A stretch of 63,629 nt of DNA, counting the filler, from Hausera hauseri (taxonomy: Eukaryota), in the NCBI GenBank assembly GCA_046269625.1. It is 12 parts of 12 records of this genome, joined end to end, with 100 filler letters (N's around TTAATTAATTAA, not from the genome) between each part and the next. Parts side by side here need not be neighbours in the genome. Positions count along the whole stretch, not along the records: positions 59,497 to 63,629 come from JBJURY010740875.1; 11 more parts are not named here. One strand, 5' to 3'. Position 1 is the first letter of the stretch. Each line of letters opens with the position of its first letter. Shown here one piece after another: positions 59,497 through 63,629 of this stretch. Under the pieces are notes generated by a model. It was not told the origin of the DNA. It saw nothing but the letters and a program-made list of their open reading frames with translations, and made no database searches. Both the position numbers and the translations under genes were made by a program.

Positions 59497-62400
59497 TTTG
59501 ATCTTTTCATCTGTAGGCGTATTATCTAGTGCGGTTAACTCGAACAAGGAGCGAACAGGTGTTCCAAATAATGTTTCGGTAGGTGAGCATCCTGTGGAAG
59601 TGGATGGCGTATTCTGCCAACCGAGCAGAACCATAGGAAGAAAAACAGTCCAATTACTGTTGGATTCAGCGAGAATTTTTAGCGACATTTTCAGGGTTCT
59701 GTGAAATCTCTCAATAAGACCGTTTGATTGTGGATGATAAGGCGTACTGTGTATATGACGGATTCCCAATTTGTTGATGAGTGATTTGAATAGATTGGAT
59801 TCGAATTGGGGACCTTGGTCCGAAATGATAAATCTAGGAGAACCAAACCTGCTGATCCAAGTGCGGATGAAAACTTCTGCTATAGTATCCGTGTTAGTGC
59901 TTCGTAGAGGGACAGCTTCTGACCAACGTGAAGCGCGATCCATCATGGTTAAAATGAATTGATGACCGTTGTCAAGAGGAAGAGGACCGACGATATCTAT
60001 ATGTACGGACTCGAAACGTGATGTACAAGGGAAGTGATATAGTGGTGGCTTTGGATGTTTGGTGATTTTAAATATCTGGCAAGCCACGCACTCCTTAACC
60101 CATGCTTGGACATCGGAACGCATTGTCGGTCATATTATCTGCCGGTGAAGTAGGCGAAAAGTTGCCTTAGCACCAGGGTGATGTAGTGGATGTACGCTGT
60201 TAAACGCTTGCCGTTGTAAAGTTGGTGCGAGAATTATTACGGAATGACCTGGTTTGGAAGTGTCGAAAGCTACGCCGTCAATGATGTAAGATCGGAAAGT
60301 TTTAAGCATGTCTGAAGGTGGTTGATTTTCTTGCAGCTGATCTTGTGTGGATATAGGTTTTAAATTGATGGAGCTAACGGATCTTGAAAGGAAATCGGCG
60401 ACTAAATTGTTTACACCGTTAATGTCTTTGATCTCGAAATTAAACGTCGACAAGTAAGAGATCTGACGTGCCTGCCTAGATGATGGATGTTTCATTGTCA
60501 TGATGTTGATTAAAGGTTTGTGATCGGTCTGTATGGTGAAACGTCGAGCAGTAAATGTGAAGTATTTTAAGGCAAGAACTATCGTCAGTAGTTCTCGGTC
60601 GAAGGTGGAGTATCTAGTTTTGGGCGGTGTTAACTTGCGTGAAAAGAATTACAAAGGCTGGTTTTCACCCTTATAGATTTGATAAAGTACGGCGCCTACA
60701 GCGGTGGTGGAGGCGTCTGTAGTGAGGATCAGCTGTGTATCGTGCTTTGGAAAAGCTAATATTTCGACAGTTTTTAAACCTTCTCTTAGCTTTTCGAATT
60801 TGTTTACAAGTTCAGAAGTCCGTAGTATTGGTTGGTGTTTCTTTCCACCATTAAGGTGAGCAAATGGTGCGGTAAGTTCAGAGCAGTATTGCACATACTT
60901 GTGGATGAAATGCAAAGTGCCCAAAAGCTCCTCATTTCTGTTGTACGAGGTAGCTGCACGTTTTTAAGGCTTCAACTCGGACAGACTGAGGCGAGTTACC
61001 TTCGGCAGAAATAACGTGACAAAGAAAATGTATACGCTTCTGAAAAAAGTGGCATTTAGCGAAATTTATCTGCAGGTTATGTTGGTGTAAGCGTTGAAAG
61101 ATTGACCTGAGGTGTTCTTCGTGTTGTTTGGTTGAGGAAGAAGCAATTAATATGTCATCGATATAATGATGAGCATATGGAAAATCGGAAAGGATAGTAT
61201 CGATGTGGCGTTGGAAAGTCTGTGCAGCATTTCGTAAGCCAAAAGGCATGTACAGATATTCGTATATGCCAAAAGGAGTAGTGACGGCTGTTTTTTCGAT
61301 ATCCTCAGGTGCCACAGGAATTTGATGGTAGACTTTGGATAAATCAATGGTAGAATAAATTGCAGTTGAGTGGAGACGGTGTAAGATATCCTTAATGAGT
61401 AGCAACGGGTATGCATCCATTATTGTCAGTGTTCAACTGACGGTAATCACCACGTGGTCGAAAAGTTCCATCCTTCTTTTGCACGACATGTAATGGTGGC
61501 GACCATGGGGATTTGGAACGACGTACAATTCCGGAACGTTCTAGTTCTAGAAATTCGCCTTCAATTGCCTGTCTACGACGAGGAGATAAAGGACGCACCT
61601 TGTGGCGGATAGGTCTGATGTTGTGTCACAATGTGGTGAAAAGTGGTGTGTGCTGGTGTAAAAGACCTATCTTTTTGAATAATTCTGGAACAAGATACGT
61701 GGATGAATTGCTGCAGACTTGCAGGTAATTGTGGGAAGTTTGGTGGAAGCGAGGAGGTCTTACCGGTAACTTTCATGGTATCAGTAACAGTAGCAATTCG
61801 GACGTTATTTGGTGGTCGAGAGTGAAGTGGTATTCGATGCATGATGGTAGTATTGAAGATGGTATTGTAATTTGTAGTTATTATCGAAGGATTTGGTAGT
61901 AGTAACAGGATCACTTTCATCGCTGTGTAAACCCCAATTGTCAATAACATTGTTCTTTAGTGATTTATAAAACAAAGTGCCATGGTTATAAGAAAAAGGT
62001 TTGTTTAACGATTTTTTAATATCGGCTTTCGAGTTGCATTCATCCGTGCGACAGCCGAAATTGTGTCGTAACGAATCGCTCCTTACTGCGACCACTTGTT
62101 AAGCAGCGTTGTTTGCAATCAACAGAGGTTATAGTGCGAAAGAAAATTGGATCCTAAAATGGCTGTTTGGACATTTGCGACGGTAAATGTCCAGTGAAAC
62201 GTTTGAGTAAATTTCGGGAGGATAAAAGAAAGCCTACATGTACCGGAAACATGTCGCGGTTGTCGGGAAGGTGTGAATAAAGGTTTAATTTTTGATGGAG
62301 TGTGTTGAGTTGGAAAGGTGAGCGGTAGTAAAGAAATCGCTGCACTTGAATCAATGAGAAAATCTGTGTTGAGGTGTCGGTGCGATGGTGGAGGCTTGTA

Positions 62401-63400
62401 ATGTGAACACGGCGAAGGAAATTTTTCGGCTATTAGGAAGTAAAGAGTGGCCTTCGCCAGTGTTTGCCGTAAACTCTGGCGGCGTAGTTTTTTGAAAACG
62501 GGGAACCTGAGCGACTGTTAGAAACGAAAGTTGTGCGTTCGTCATTTGCATGGTGGGGTTTGTTTTTAAATGTGCAACCTGGAATGCATTTGCGTGCATT
62601 ATGTCTGAATTTTGCATGATATATGCAAATGACGTTGTCCGTATGGTATCTTTGATCATAAAATTTGCACCCGAGGTGGCATTTTTGTGCGCTACTGTCA
62701 AACTTTCCATGGTAATAGCAAATCAGTGATCGTCCAGGTGAAGGTGAACGACCACGAGAGACTGAACGGTTACGGTCACGTATGAAACCCTCACGTCGAG
62801 TCAATGAAATCTCATTCTGTTTATTGTTGATGGTGTTGACTGTGTGTTGGAGTGCCGCATATTCGGCACGTAATTGATTTAATTGGTGTTCGATGGATGC
62901 ATGTCATTGATCGTCGTCATTCGTGATAGCGGCTGATATGATATGTTGTGATTGGATTTGTAAGACTTCGTGTGCTTTATGGGCCAATTCAGCTAGCTCA
63001 TGTAAGGCTGCATATTCTTCAACAACGGTAAGCAAAGCCCTAATCTGAATTGGTAAAACATTAAGGAAATATCGTCGAAGTAGATCCGGGTTATGTTCGT
63101 TAGTGACGCCTCAAGTAAGTAAGTGAGCCAATGAAATGCGTAGGAAATCGCTAGGTTTTTGTGTCCCCATTGAGTTTTCATTAAAGAAGCGTTGAATTAT
63201 TGAATCAATTGATGGTTCTGCCTGTTTTAATACAGCATCGAACAATTGGATATAAGGGTCAGAGTGATGAAAGATGTCCAGTAAGTTACAGATTGAGGCC
63301 TTTATAGAGTTTGGTAGAAGATAAAGTAAGTTATGGGATTTGGATAACGAGTCTGTTATACCGTTGGACTGTAACCAGAGTTGATGGAAGTGGAGCCAGT
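59497..63400 (-). mobile_element. Decayed family A Gypsy (gag-PR-RT-RH-IN)
   Basis: Two CYYHGKF/CIYHAKF..C..GC gag motifs, SPWSPPLHVVQKKDG, MPFGLRNAAQTFQR..YIDD, TTDAS, HIDIVGPLP..SDQGPQFES..ERFHRTLK. Frameshifted. Confidence 0.92.
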
Positions 63401-63629
63401 TTTACTAGACTTCGCATTGTCTATAAAGTATTCAGTGAAATGTGGTGTAATATTGATAGGATTTTTGTGAGAAGAATATGCATCGGTTGAAATAGGTGGA
63501 TAATTTGGTTTGTGGTAGTAGAGAATCGGTTTGGATTTTGTGGTCGCTTTATCGGTGGTGTCACTAGTTAGTGGAGCAATCATACCGCCGCGGACCCTAG
63601 GATTAACGTGTATACATATATGATAGTGT

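Overview
AT-rich eukaryotic (animal-like) sequence made of 12 separate contigs. They are joined by eleven artificial 100-nt spacers (N44-TTAATTAATTAA-N44), so adjacency across spacers carries no biological meaning. Almost all of it is mobile DNA. There are decayed Polinton/Maverick (adintovirus-like) fragments: four pPolB pieces, a packaging ATPase, an integrase and a penton, plus a TBP-like gene and a dUTPase fragment. There are also several decayed Ty3/Gypsy elements, mariner and hAT-like transposase relics, and two host gene pieces (DDX47-like, and NISCH-like with 37-58 nt introns). The standout is an apparently intact Ty3/Gypsy-type element at 47914-59396 (- strand) with a tRNA-His PBS. 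Its single 3247-aa polyprotein reads Gag/CCHC, a ubiquitin-like domain and AT-hook, a signal peptide with a chuvirus/gB-type (class III) fusion glycoprotein and TM, protease, RT, RNase H, integrase, and then a second signal peptide with three FN3-like repeats, a furin site and a TM. A splice-acceptor-preceded accessory ORF with a DEDDh (REX4/ISG20-like) exonuclease fold follows it. Two further, divergent decayed elements (31893-35385 +, 36245-37845 -) share the post-integrase membrane protein, and one shares the exonuclease ORF. This points to a family of enveloped, 'complex' retrovirus-like elements. A second Gypsy family appears to have LTRs with a conserved GC-rich head followed by variable gene-like cargo. 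All homology calls are from motif recognition by eye; no database searches were run.
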